NCBI GenBank assembly: GCA_054600435.1
Contig: BAAIJX010000004.1
Location: 310,001-374,000, forward strand
From: Neophaeotheca triangularis
Taxonomy: Eukaryota
DNA length: 64,000 nt
Direction of reading: 5' to 3'
The position numbers and the translations under genes are program-made. The notes beneath the pieces are model-generated. The model was not told the origin of the DNA, made no database searches, and was given only the letters and a program-made list of their open reading frames with translations. The first letter of the stretch is position 1. Every line of letters begins with the position of its first letter. This document shows positions 23,307-36,621 of the stretch, one piece after another.

Positions 23307-24929
23307 TCAGGCGCGAGGCTTCTTCCAGTAGTATTGCTGCAGCCAAGAGCATGAGTATAAAAGCTTCGATGATCAAGAGGAAAGGAGGGGGGCTCATCAA
23401 CTTACCTTGTGTTGTTTACGAGCGGCGCGGAGACCGGTCTTGCCGAGGCTTTGTGTGACGGTGTCGCGGCGGTTGTTATCCTCGTCCTGCTCCGGTACGT
23501 AGTAGTACTCCGATTCGAGTAGCTTGCCAGCAGCGTCCTTGCCCTCGCGGCTGATTTCTCCCACGCAGGCGATGCCGTCGAGGATAGTCTTGAGCTCGCA
23601 CGAGGACAGGATGATGCGGCTCTCGATGTTCGAAGGTTTGGCCATGGCACCGCGGAGCTCGGCTGGAAGGTTGCTGTGGATGGTCGACAGAGGCAGGCTG
23701 TGGGCGCGAGAAAAGGCGAGCTGGTTGATGACGTGGTTTCTAACTGGGCTTGCTTGGACCTTTGGAGCTGGTGGTGCTTTGTGAGTGGGAAAGTTGAAAG
23801 AGGATTGCAGTGGTTTTCTTTTACGCTCTGGAGAAGATGCCGACTTGAACGACTCGAAGCGGGACAGAATATTCTCGCCGAACGGACCGAATGAGTGTAC
23901 GATGGGGTCGTTCTCCTCATCATGTTCGGACAGATCTTCTTGCTCAGATGCAAAGCTGGGCTGAGATGGCTTTTGTAAGCTGGCGCGGGATGTGGACTGC
24001 TTGGTGGGTGTCTTGGTGACAACAGGCACAGGGGTCTGTTCTCTTTCGTGAGGAGCATCTTCGTCGGAGCTTGGGTCCTGATAGACTTGAACTTCGCCGT
24101 TCTCTGGAGTATCGGCACGGAAGGTCGAAGAGAAGGTGTCGTTTGGGTTGAGAGCTGGACGGACCGGCGACGGTGATGGCGGGGAAGGGAAACGACGAGG
24201 AGACATCATGGGCGGACTAGAAGGGAGCGTCTCAATGGCACGACGCTTCGATGGTGACTCTTGACCCCACGACTCGGATTCAGCCCCCACGGACTCTTCC
24301 TTCGGCCACGCGAGCATGACACGAGTGTCGTGTACATCCAGCATTATCTGTCCCGGACACTCAGTTGCCCAGCATTCTCCTTTTTTCAAATCAACCACCT
24401 CTTCACGGCAAGATACTTTTGCACCGTTCCAGCCCAAGCATTCGAGTTCGACCTTGCCATTGGGGTATGAGGCATCAATGGCATAGTAAGAGGCGCGCAC
24501 GTGGACGCGTGAAATGTGACGGTTGGCGGCAAGTTGGTGGTCAGAAGAAGTGCTAGACCTACCCATGAGTAGGGGCTCGCCGTTGGCGGGGATGGTAAGG
24601 GTGGGAACATCGCCCAGCGGGTTTCGTTCGCTTAGAGTGGACACGGTGCGGTTGAAGCCGGGACGCGTCTGACGCGCATCCTGACGCGGTGAGGAGGGTA
24701 GAATACCAGTAGATGAGGTCGGCACGGGTGTAGGATAGTACTTGCGGTCGTCGTCGCCGATGGTAGAGTCGAATTTGCGTTTCTGTTGACGCGGTAGCCC
24801 GCCGGGGGAAGAGGATAGAGGCTCAAAGGCCGGTAGCAACGAAGGGCGACGTTCAGGCTGGGATGGAAGTGCACTAGGTCGTTTGCCTGCATCCTCACCA
24901 CTCATGCTTCTTCTCGTGAAGCTGTCCAT
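23307..24929 (-). CDS. TOS4: FHA-domain transcription factor Tos4/Plm2-like; exons 24929-23406 and 23336-23307
   Basis: YPTPVPTSSTGILPSSP; FHA GRSS..S..ISRVHV..LGWNG; IVHSFGPFGENI; REGKDAAGK.LESEYYYVPE; conserved end RKQHK|QYYWKKP joined across intron 23337-23405. Confidence 0.88.
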
Positions 24930-25354
24930 GGCTGCTGGCGCGCTGCGAGGACGCGAGACCGGCTGTGGACACGCGATATGCGAGCTGCAAGTGCAGCGGG
25001 ATGCTTCTTGATATTGGCGCGTAGCCCGCGTGTTTGAGGCGTCTTGAACAATTTCAATGGTCGATAGACTGCTGGTAGGGATGCTGGATGAGGATGGGGA
25101 GTAGGATGAGCGGATAGAAAGGTCGCGGGTGCGAGACCTACTACTAGTAGTTTGAAGAATGGAATGCCCGGGTAGTTTAATCGCGTCCAAAGGAAGCACG
25201 TCGGCGGTAAGTAGGCTCGAGCTTTAATCGCTCCACCAAGCCCGGCCACTCTCATTGGCCCTAGCGTGGTATATTCTGTTTCTTCCAACGCAACAATCGT
25301 TTAAATCAAATGGAAAGTGAATAATGTGAGAAACAGTATCAATTGGCAATCGTC

Positions 25355-25535
25355 ACGCGTTGGTCTGTATTGAAAAGGTTGATGTATCCGCGAGCAGTGA
25401 GTACCTTTTGTACATAGCTGTACATTGGATAGTAGGCATTCTTAAGCCAAGCCAAGCCACCGCTCCAGCCAGAGAGAGAGAGTCGCGACGTCCCCCACCT
25501 GCACCCATTTAATTCGTCTCATGACGTTCACGCGT
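25355..25535. promoter_or_regulatory. Two MCB (ACGCGT) elements upstream of TOS4
   Basis: ACGCGT at 25355-25360 and 25530-25535; TOS4 orthologs are G1/S (MBF) targets in yeasts. Confidence 0.6.
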
Positions 25536-26146
25536 TTAGAGCAAATTCTTCGCCTACTAGGTAAGGTACCTAGGTGAGGTCCACGGGTACTAGTATGTCG
25601 GTGAGAGATGCTCCAATGGCCTCGCTAAGGTAAAAGAGATTATTTACTACCAAGTACTGTCTCAGAGAGTACAGAGGCGTCAGTAGTGAAGGAACCATAA
25701 ACACTTATTATTATGCAAGTATCCTAGCAACAGCAAGGTTTATACTTCGGGCACAAGTACTAATGTCCGCCAAATGCATACTACTAGCGGTGTGAAAGTG
25801 ATGGAAGGTAGGTTAGGTAGGTATACCTATGTATATGTAGGTAGGTACCTACCTACCGTGACTTCAACGGTGACGTTGAACATTCGAGCGTTCCAAGACA
25901 TCCAGAGCTCTTTCACTTTGTGCTATCAACCAATGCTACCTTGGTAATGACAGCCTCTTATCGCCGTATCGCCGTTCTAGTAACCCAGACAGTCGAGACA
26001 ATCAGGTAGGCCTTTATTGTTATAAGAACCAAGCTTATATTAATCTCTCGTCTATCTCACACCCTCCAACCTCCAGCACAACCTCAACTCAACAAAACAC
26101 CACCAATACCATACCAACACCCCACCACCAGTGAATCACTGCAATA

Positions 26147-27180
26147 ATGTCCTTCTACCTCGACTCCTTCCGCCAATGCTTCTTCATCCCCCCTCCAACC
26201 TTCACCGAAAAAGACCTGCCCGATCAAACCGGCCGCGTCTTCATCGTAACCGGCGGCTACACAGGCGTGGGCAAAGAGCTCTGCAAATACCTCTACGCCG
26301 CCAACGGCACCGTCTACATCGCCGGCCGCTCGCAAACAAAAGCCGACAAAGGGCTCGCGGACATCAAAGCGCACGCACCCGCTTCCAAAGGCAAGCTGGA
26401 ATTCCTGCAACTCGATCTCGCGGACCTCCCGAGCATCAAGGCGAGCGCGCAAGAATTCTTGGGCAAGGAGAAGCGTCTGGATGTCCTCACCAACAATGCC
26501 GGCGTCATGGTGAGTCACCACAACCCATCCCTTGCCATCCCACCCACCAGCCAAACTAACCCCCCACCGCTCCAAAGGTGCCCCCAGCCGGCTCCCAAAC
26601 AGCGCAAGCCCACGAACTGCAAATGGGAACCAACTGCCTGGGACCCTACCTCTTCACGCTCCTCCTGACGCCGGTCCTGCAGCGCACAGCCGCGACCTCC
26701 CCTCCCGGCAGCGTCCGCGTAACCTGGGCAGCCAGCCTCGCCACGGCCTTCTCGCCCACCAACGGCGTGACACTCGACCCCTCCACCAAGTCCCCCAAAC
26801 TCCACAACAACCCGCCAATCGACTACGCGCAGTCCAAAGCTTGCAACGTGCTGTTGGCGAAAGAGTACCAGAAACGACACGGCGCGGAGAGCGGGGTCGT
26901 CAGCAATGCCTGGAACCCGGGGAATTTGGCGAGTGATTTGCAACGCCATCAGAAGGGCTTGCAGGCTTGGGCGACCATGTTGTTGACGTACGAGCCTGGA
27001 CTAGGGGGGTTGACGGAGTTGTTTGCAGGTTGGAGTCCGCAGGCGGGGAGGAGGGAGAATTGGGGGAGGTATATTGGACCTTGGGGGAGGTTTGCAGAGT
27101 TGAGGGGTGATGTTAGGGATAGTGAGAAGGCTGGGGAGTTTTGGGAGTATTGTGAGAGGGAGACCAAGCAGTATATGTGA
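26147..27180 (+). CDS. Short-chain dehydrogenase/reductase (retinol dehydrogenase/WWOX-like); exons 26147-26509 and 26578-27180
   Basis: VTGGYTGVG, LDLADL, NNAGVM, GTNCLG, YAQSK, NPGNL; intron GTGAGT..CTAAC..AAG (26510-26577). Confidence 0.9.
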
Positions 27181-27341
27181 GGGTTTGTCTCTGCCTGTGA
27201 TCGAGACTAGATGGTTGCTGGGGGTATGTTGGGCTGGACTGCTGTATTGTACGATGAGACGAGTCTATGAGCTTGTACCTTTTGTCAAGAGTATCGGTCG
27301 AGAGTGATTGAAACGTAAGATCTTGGTGAGAAACGACTTCA

Positions 27342-28219
<878 letters not shown>

Positions 28220-28552
28220 CTTTTTGTCGCTATGTCAGTATTGCTGCGTCCGCATGTTGTTATTTGCAGATGGATCACTCACTTTTGCTGTGCTTCTACG
28301 GGGTTAGTTGTTCCTATCGCGGGCGCAAGTTCGTTGGACGTCGTGCGTGAAATTCAGCGGCAAGACCGCACGATCGATACCAATTAGGTAAGCGCGCCAA
28401 GTCTTTCGTCTAACCCAAGTCACATGACCTGACTTAACGCAGCCGATGACACCGACCTGGGTACTAGAAGGATGACAGTGAGATATACACACCTGAACAA
28501 GACACGAATGATATCGATTTCGCAATCTGGGTATCGTGCTCCTAACAACAAC

Positions 28553-30547
28553 CTACGAATCTATTCCCAACGCCTCTCTCTTATCAAGAAAATGCCCCTT
28601 GATCTCGCCCGCCAGCTTGCCTTCAGTCTCCGCTATTAAGGTACACACAAGCGAATAGTTATTGTACAAAACCCTCTCTCTCTTCCTCGTATCAGCAACG
28701 CCTTTACTCAATTTCACCAGGAAAGCCTCAAACTCATTCCTCAGCCTCGCAAGACTGTTCGATACGGGCTCGTCGTCGCCTGCCTCGCTACTTAGTGTCA
28801 AGATGCCGTGCAAGAAATTGGCAAAGCGTTGTGTTAGCGGGTGGGGTGCGGTAGTCTGCGCACTCGAAGCTGAGGAAGTGAGACTCAGAGCTGAGCCGGC
28901 TGGTTTACCAGAGAGCGAGGCTGTTGTCTTGCGAATGGATTCGCAGTGCCCATCGATGACCTTTTGGAAACGCGGCCAGAGTTGCATATTGGTGCCGTTG
29001 ATATAGCCTTCTGCGGCAGGTACTTTGCGTCTCTGGAACTCAAAGGCAAAGTGTTGATTCAGTCTAACGCATATCAGTATGCCTAGAGCGTCCATGCTGT
29101 GCTCGGTGAGTCGTTTTGTTAGGTCTTGACCGATGGCAAATGTTGGCGTAAAGATCTCGTTGAACTTTCGATTTGTTGCGTGGAAAGATTGGTTTGGAAA
29201 GAACTCCGTCAAGAAGGCGTATTCCGCTGATGCATTGTCAACGAGTGCGAGGTTGAAGGCTCGGAACGGCAATTCAAGGTAGTGGGTCTCCTTGCTGTCT
29301 TCGGCTAGATGCGACGGCAAGGCAACTTCGTCTGAACCTCGTAAGGAATCCCCTCGTCTGCCCAGCGAGAAGGCATCGTGCGGCTTCGCTCCACGTTTGA
29401 GGGAATTGTCAGCAGCAATGACCTCGCTATTGTCAATTGCATGCAAATGCACTTTATCCAGAGCGGCCTTGTACCGTGCAAAGTTGTGCGAGTAGTACCA
29501 CCGCATGGTGTTGATGTATGCTTGCAACATTTGCTCAGCAAGCTCTGGCTCCCGTTTCGCCAGGAAGGCGAACACATCTTTGTACCGCAAAAAGCTATTC
29601 TGCTGGATGACCTGCGCGTTGATGCTGGGCGAACGAAGAGCTTTGATCTGTGCAACAACATAATCCCGAATCCGCTCTACGGCTTTGGTGCACACTTCGT
29701 CAAGGAAAGGACGGATGTCTTGGGCCACCTTGAGGTCGTGGCCCTCCTTTGCCTTGGCTTCAATGGTTTTGGATCGCTTCTCGAGCTCCTCCAGCGCCCG
29801 GACCCAAGCATTGTCGACTGTTCCTTCTGTGATCTTCCGGACTACCCCTGGAGGGATGCTAAAGGCTTCAACCTCTGGCCCCAAGACCTTCTCAACAACC
29901 TTGCGATTTTGCAGCCTCGTATTGAGGTTTGTAGATCTGTTCTGCAGAGTCTCGATCTCGGATGACACGGTAGCCAAATCGGCTTGGAAGCTTGTCAAGT
30001 AGGTCTCGACAGACTTCAGCACCTCATCGCAAGCCAGTATTGACTTGTGTAGATCCTCGAATTTGCCCTCTTCCTGCTCGTGTTCTTGATAAGACTTGGA
30101 CGTAGAATTTCTATCTTGGCGATCTGTGCCTTCAGGAGCGTTCGCAAACTCTTCCAGGCTTAATCCGCCAAAGTCCACTTCTTCGACGATGGTTTCCGGC
30201 TTCGCGTGCCCTTCGTCATTGTCGTCGTCCGGTCCAGGTAGTGTACCTAGAATATCGCCCAGCACATCCAAAGGATCAGCGGCATCCGGTAACGTTCCAG
30301 GCGCATCCAACTCCTTTCTCAGAGTGGAGCCATTCGGTATTCTCGCCGCTGCTGGCAAGCTGTCCACAGAGCTAGCTGCGAAGGATTGCAAAGAGGAGGT
30401 TCGAGCTGTCAATCCAGGGCGTCGTGGTAGGGTACTCGGCCCCAGCTGTATCGAACGTCGAGGAACCGGAGACTGTGAATAAGATCTATGAGGGCTGGCA
30501 GAGGGAGTGGACTGGGCCGACTGCCCTGAGAAGCGCTCCAACCACAT
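28553..30547 (-). CDS. VPS52: GARP complex subunit Vps52/Sac2
   Basis: 664 aa; MWLERFS start, FEDLHKSILACDEVL..VE.YLTSFQADL, KAVERIRDY, AYINTMRWYY, PHPLTQRFA. Confidence 0.93.
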   Translation of the reverse strand: MWLERFSGQSAQSTPSASPHRSYSQSPVPRRSIQLGPSTLPRRPGLTARTSSLQSFAASSVDSLPAAARIPNGSTLRKELDAPGTLPDAADPLDVLGDILGTLPGPDDDNDEGHAKPETIVEEVDFGGLSLEEFANAPEGTDRQDRNSTSKSYQEHEQEEGKFEDLHKSILACDEVLKSVETYLTSFQADLATVSSEIETLQNRSTNLNTRLQNRKVVEKVLGPEVEAFSIPPGVVRKITEGTVDNAWVRALEELEKRSKTIEAKAKEGHDLKVAQDIRPFLDEVCTKAVERIRDYVVAQIKALRSPSINAQVIQQNSFLRYKDVFAFLAKREPELAEQMLQAYINTMRWYYSHNFARYKAALDKVHLHAIDNSEVIAADNSLKRGAKPHDAFSLGRRGDSLRGSDEVALPSHLAEDSKETHYLELPFRAFNLALVDNASAEYAFLTEFFPNQSFHATNRKFNEIFTPTFAIGQDLTKRLTEHSMDALGILICVRLNQHFAFEFQRRKVPAAEGYINGTNMQLWPRFQKVIDGHCESIRKTTASLSGKPAGSALSLTSSASSAQTTAPHPLTQRFANFLHGILTLSSEAGDDEPVSNSLARLRNEFEAFLVKLSKGVADTRKRERVLYNNYSLVCTLIAETEGKLAGEIKGHFLDKREALGIDS

Positions 30548-30912
30548 TATACGTCTTCATAAGGGATTGTTCGACGGCTACTAAGTTGCGCTATCGACGG
30601 AGCGCATAACGGAGCGCCATGGGGTTGTGTGGGAACTGTACAGTATCATGCTCGAGCGTGCATCGCAGGGCCAACCTACAGTATCAACCTCCATGTGTTG
30701 TCGATGCCTTACGTAAGGCACAAAGCCCCGGTAGCGCCCGCGCTTGGTGGTGGGGAATTTCCATCAACTTTCACCGTCGTCGAGGGACACACAACCCATC
30801 CTTGCCTCTTCTCCTCCATCTACTTAATACCCGCCCAGCAAGACAACAACACCCCCCAGGTTCTAAATCACTCACTTTTCGCGCTACACCTTCGCCTCAC
30901 ACATCACTCAAA

Positions 30913-31676
30913 ATGGCCGCCAACGACGATGCGCAGGTATGCACCCCATCACCCACACCCACACCCCCCATTGAGCCGTCATCTCGACCCCGCCTATTTG
31001 TTGCAAAATCAAGCCGCCGCCCGTACAGTCGCAAGAAAACAACATTGAAAGTTTATGAAACAATTCTCTAACATAAACTCAACAGCATGAGCTCACCTTC
31101 GAGTCCGCCGACGCCGGCGCCTCGACCACGTTCCCCATGCAGTGCTCTGCCCTGCGCAAGAACGGTCACGTCTGCATCAAGAACCGCCCATGCAAGATTG
31201 TCGAGATGAGCACCTCCAAGACCGGCAAGCACGGTCACGCCAAGGTCCACTTGGTCGCCATCGACATCTTCACCGGCAAGAAGTTGGAAGATCTGTCTCC
31301 TTCCACTCACAACATGGACGTTCCCAACGTCAGCCGTCGCGAGTACCAGCTCGTACGTATCCCCGTTTGGTGGGAAATGGTGTGAGAAAAAGGATCAAGG
31401 TTAACAAGATAATGCAGCTCGACATCACGGACGACGGTTTCCTCTCCCTCATGTCTGACGACGGCTCCACCAAGGACGATGTCAAGGTTCCCGAGGGCGA
31501 GGTTGGTGACAAGATTGAGAGGCTCTTCAACACCGAGTCCAAGGACACGAGTAAGTCATGCTTGAGCGTACGAGTATCGAGCACACATGCTGACTATCCT
31601 TCCAGACGTCATCGTTCTCACTGCCATGGGTGAGGAGGCCGCCATCGACGCCAAGGAGGCTCCTCAGGGCAAGTAG
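30913..31676 (+). CDS. TIF51: Eukaryotic translation factor eIF5A; exons 30913-30936, 31086-31352, 31418-31550, 31606-31676
   Basis: Hypusine motif [34 protein letters not shown]; three canonical introns. Confidence 0.97.
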
Positions 31677-32320
31677 ATATGAACCGCAATCCACCCATCG
31701 CTGCGAAGCGAAGCTTCCAGCCTCTGCCATTTTTCTGCGCAAGCGATGATCAATCAAAAAGAGATGTTCCACGATGATGCGGGTTTGCGTTGGGGCAGGC
31801 ATGCATGCTGCGGCATTGCAGGGCGTAGCGCACGTGAGCGCATTTGCAGCCGTCAAGGATAGCAATTGTGATTTCCAGCGAGGAGCGACGGGAACTTCTT
31901 CGATCGGTCTCATGGGTTACGTTTTTACGATAGGAACTATGAAGATCTGGAGGAGTTTTCCACGCAGATACATGAGCCTCTTTTATTTGTCTTGAAATTC
32001 ACCAATCGTTGATTTTGCCTACCCAAAGTCTAACCCTGAAGGTAACCTCTCTTCTACTGTATACTTCTACTTGGACACTTCAAACCTATATTACACTCCG
32101 ATTTGTGTCATGCATGATCGTGTTCTGTGTTTGTGCTGAGATAGACGTACTTAACCATGTGAGACGTCGCCTGTCGTTCTATACTTCAAGAGAGAAAAGT
32201 CCTCATTCTTGAGCTACAAAGTCTTGAAAAATGCCACCATAGACTATATCATGGCCATATCCTTAATCGGCTCATCTCCAAGGCAAATTGGAACACCGGC
32301 TCGACCAAAAGCCTTCAGCA

Positions 32321-34210
32321 ATGTCTTCCGGTAGGAAGAAACGCGCACCATGCTCTCACGAAAATTGCGGATCGAGGCGCTTCCACGTTGGTGAAGATGG
32401 CTACACTTATTGCGACGAAGGACATCAGCAATCAGAAGTAAGTAACCCAACCCCCAATGTCGTTCCAACCACCTGTTAACATTTCATACAGATCGGTACA
32501 GTTGTCGCAGAGGACACGGGCGAGCTTATCATTCAAGGCAAAAAGTCCAAGCGAAGGGTGGAAGAGGACGAAGCCATTACGAGCACGGGTGGGTGACGGC
32601 ATGATGGGTCACTAGGAAAGGATGGCGAAGACTGATCGTTCCCGCAGGCTTCACTGGCCCAAGAGCTGTTGAGCAATATCTACTCTGCCTACAGCTAGTG
32701 CTCAGAAAACAGCTGAAATGGCTCATCGACTTACAGAAGCTGCCACCAGAACTCGAGGTACTATGCTCATAACTCGTCTCGCCGTTTACTACTATTCTTC
32801 TAACGCTCTACTCAGCATATAGTCCGCGATATCTGGGCCATACGGCTACAGAAACTTCAATCGCGCGTCACGTATGACTCGGAAACAGACACCCAAGCCG
32901 GCTCCTCACAAGCTTTCAGCTCGCAATCCGAGAATGAAAGCGGCACCGAAACCTCTCGATCCCGCTCTCGTTCCCGGGGCAAGCAGAAAGCTCACCATCG
33001 CACGCCAAACCTTCCAGACACTTTGGCATTCTGCTACCTAGGCCTGTTACTCCTACGCTCACCGGTTACCGTGGCAGATCTACACGCCTGGGCAGGGAAA
33101 GGGGAGTTGCTCTTCTACCGCGCAGCGCGCGAAGTTCCACCAACCATGCGAGAACGCTTGCCTGGCCAATACCAGGAGCTGCTTGAGCCACAAAGTCTCC
33201 TAGACCCGCAAGCGCTGCAGCAGAGAGTCCTGGAAGTAGCGACACTGATGCAGAATGAGTTTGGCATGACGATTCCACCCATCAATCACCATCTCGTGCT
33301 GTATCGCTGGTTTCAAGAGCTCATGCTACCCCTGGAAGTCTACGCCGTCACGCAAAAGCTGGCAACTCTGCTAGGAGTGGAGCATCGATTCATTGTAGCT
33401 CCTAGAGTAGGCTTACCTCGTGTCCTACGCTACCCAGAAGCGCAACTTATGGCTTTGCTCCTAGTGGCCACCAAACTGCTCTTTCCTCACGACGACATCG
33501 AAAGGTATCCGCGGGTGGCCAGTGATCCGGCTGCCCTATCATTAGACTGGGCCGTATGGGCAGCTTCTCAGAGAAAGGCTTCGAGTACACAAGGCAACTC
33601 TGATACCGTGGACTCCAAACCACTCGACTACTCAGCAGCTTTCAGCATGCAAGAAACCGACTGCCTCACCGCTTCCAACGAAAAACTTGACGCCTACCTC
33701 GACTGGTACAGCGACAACATCGCGAGCGAAAACGTCAGGACCCAAGGCCGTATAGGTCGAGACGCCGAATTTAGACACGCGCTCTTCCGCTTCTTTCCCG
33801 TGAGCCAAAACCGACAGCATCAGAGGAATGGCAAAAATCAGACCTTCGCCCCAACAAAAGAATCCGAGCAAGAAAGCGAAAACTCCATTGAAGCAGCGCA
33901 AGCAGATTCGCGGGACCCGTTGCAATCCGTCCAAGCAGCTTTGCGACCAAGACCTCTGGTGCCAGAGACCTCACTCACGAGTGACAGGGTCAATCACGTC
34001 GCCCGGCCTGGCGATTTCTACCGTCGTTACCGAACGGTCGACGCTCTTCATGAGATTTCCAACGAGAACAGGTGTGGCGGAGATGCTGTGTTGCTGCTCT
34101 ACCAGCGTGCTGCCGAGCTGTGTGCGTTGAGTCTCGAAGGCATGGTGAAGGCTGTTTTTGCCGTGGAGAGGAAGTTGGAGAAGGTGCAGAAGGGAGGAGA
34201 GGCGGGATGA
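32321..34210 (+). CDS. RRN7: RNA polymerase I core factor Rrn7/TAF1B; exons 32321-32437, 32492-32588, 32648-32757, 32816-34210
   Basis: N-terminal zinc ribbon C...NC.S......DG..YC..GH; YLLCLQLVLRKQL.WL; IVRDIW; TLAFCYLGLLLLR.PVTVADL; PEAQLMALL.VATKL. Confidence 0.85.
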
Positions 34211-35041
34211 AGGCGAAGAGGCTGTGGCCCGTGGGGAGACGTGGCCATACCGCAGAAAGCGTAATCCACCGTTCCCGCGAACCCCTTGAGAGTGGGCCTG
34301 CAAAGCGATGGAAATCGCGTCGTGCGTGCCCGGCCGAAGGATTGTGGAAGTTGCAAAGTCAATTCCTGGATCGAGGCTAGCAAGCGAAGTGTGGCGTGTG
34401 TACCACGTAGAGTGCGTTAGCGGTGCTCGAACACGACCTCCACGCCTCCCCCCCGCAACTGCCAGGCATGAACTGGAGGTAACAATGTTTCACATCTGCC
34501 GACAGCATCCTTGCACTCCTCGACCTCATGTCAACCAAGATTACTCAATCTTGCAGGATATGGATCGATTCGAATCGCAGTTACTAGACACACAGTCACC
34601 ATGGCGCCTTGACGAAGCTAGTTCATTCGTTGATACTTTGGCTGAGCTGTCCTCCAGGAAGCTTTCACCCAGCTCCGCCACGGGCTTGACAGAGCTTCTT
34701 CGTCTCAGCTGAGCTGCCATTCTAGAAGCTATGGAAGTTTCCATGCAGACGCCATGGGCTGATCACGCTCACCTTCCATGGATACGAGATGCTAAATTCG
34801 CTTGGATACGATGCACTGGACTTTGTACCTTCATTCTGACCATGAACATGCTCGAACCGGTGAAGCCGATGGCCTTGAAGTTTAAAGGCTAGCTAGGCAG
34901 GTAGGTAGGTGTATATATACCATACCTACTGTCGCTCTCAAGTCGTAGCAGTCCAGCAATCATCTCATCAAACAACATAATAACAAGGAGAAAGAAATAG
35001 TCATTCGACTCCCGACCAATTGATCTCTCCAAACCGCCAAT

Positions 35042-35759
35042 ATGAAGCTCACCCTAACCGCCCTAACCTCTCTCCTCTCCCTCACCACCCTCGCAACCGC
35101 CCAAGATGACTACATCCAATACCCCAAGCAATCCAAACCCTTCGCGCTAGTAGCCCACTCCAAAAACCCCAAATACAACAACCGCGCCTTCGTCGCCTGC
35201 CACGAGGGCGCGGCAATCGAAGGCCTCTGCATCGACGACAAGAGATTCAACCCCAAAAGCGTCGACATCTCGCAGACCTTCCGCTTCAACACCTCCCGCG
35301 ACAACTTCCTCGGCCAAAGCAAGAAACTAGGAAAACCCGGCTTCGTAATCTTCAACCTCCCCACCTCAGACCAAACAAGTACGCCCCCCATCCCTCCCCC
35401 CTCAAAAAAAGCCGCACCCAAAACCGCACGCCAAGCTAAAACCCCTGGGTCAAGTCTCCTCCGCTCTAGGCCTCAGCTACAGCGACTCCACCAACGTCGC
35501 CGTTCCGCTCTTCACGCCGGGCGACGACCGCGCCACCAACCTCGCTTTCGACTCCTCCCAGCGCCTCAACTTACAGTACAGTCTGGACGACACGGTGACG
35601 CCGCCGACGTATCTGGAAAAACCGCGCGCGCTTTATCGCTGGTTTGTTTGCGAGACGTACGCCGGCTATCAGTACACGACGCTTGCGTGGGTGATGGGAG
35701 AGGGAGAGCCGCAGAACCCGAGTTGTGTGAAGGTGGAGGTTCGGAGGGTGTTTTTGTAG
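35042..35759 (+). CDS. Small secreted/cell-wall protein of a conserved fungal family; exons 35042-35378 and 35455-35759
   Basis: Signal peptide MKLTLTALTSLLSLTTLATA; QSKPF.L, ACHEGAAIEGLC; after a phase-1 intron, STNVAVPLFTPG and LYRWFVCETYAGYQYTTLAWV.G.GEPQNPSCVKVEVRRVFL*. Confidence 0.82.
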
Positions 35760-36179
35760 CGGGGAGGGGGTGCCGGTCTTCTTTTTTTTTTTTTCTCTCT
35801 CTTTCGGAAGAGGGGGTGCGTTTTGGAAGGCGAGGCGTCGTGGGGGCGTGGATGTTTACTTTCGATTGATTAGGACAGGGTTGTTGGGTTTCTTAAAGAC
35901 GAGGTTCTTAATTTGGTCCTACAATGTCAGCACGTACATTACTTAGGGAAAAAAAAAACGAGTACAAGATTGCTCAAGCACATCGATTGATGATTTTCGA
36001 TCGCGCGACAGATGCTCTTGCCTAGCTACCTGTCACAACCGTCTCTGCATCAGAAAAGAGCAGGGGAGGTAGCCACTTAAGCGCTAGTAGCAAGAAAAGA
36101 ACCGCAAAAAGACCCCGTCACCTACATACCATAGTACCACCAATCCCCCCGCCTCCTCCTCTTCTCCTTACTTCAGTGC

Positions 36180-36480
36180 TTGAATTTGCACAGACATGGC
36201 TTTCTTCTACGTTAAATTCGCCAAGCGAGCGCTCAATTTCACACTCGTCTTGCGGCGACATGTTTATACGAAAGAGGAACATACAGCACAGCCGTCTTCC
36301 AAAACTCGCTTGCGGCGGTTTTCTGCGACGAATTGGGTCGAGACCTTTCTTTGAGAATGGACGGCCCAGGGCGATAGGGTTTCCCGGGTCGGAGGGTTTT
36401 GTAGAGGCCGGATTTCGAATCAGCGGGAATCCGCAAAGGGCATTTGAAATTAATTGCTCAGAGGGGAGAGGTTTGGTGGT
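36180..36480 (-). ncRNA. Candidate snR30/U17-type H/ACA snoRNA; 5' end uncertain
   Basis: m1-like AUGUUCCUC (36282-36274) and m2-like AAGCCAU (36202-36196) flank a long hairpin (CUUU/AGAAG, CGU/ACG, UAAA/UUUA, UCGCC/GGCGA, AAG-CGAGUGU/GCGCUCG-CUU). Further stems lie upstream. The G-U pairs favour the minus strand. Confidence 0.58.
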
Positions 36481-36621
36481 GGTGGGAGAAGTAAGGAATT
36501 CATTTTCCAGCCCTTTGCTCTCCGCGAACCCCAAACAAGAGCTTTGCGAACAAGACTGCCGCCATTCGTCCCACCAAACCAACTCAAACCCTCTTCGCAA
36601 TCCCTCAATCGCGTTTGTAAA

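Noticed and set aside
32030..32037. CTAACCCT, resembling a telomerase RNA template (also TAACCCT on - near 46046)
   Set aside because: Shorter than the expected TAACCCTAA template, no pseudoknot or CR4/5 context seen, and the first site lies in a gap of only ~640 bp
34308..34830. Possible decayed coding fragment between RRN7 and the secreted-protein gene
   Set aside because: Short, interrupted by a stop, and no recognisable motif; cannot be supported without a homology search
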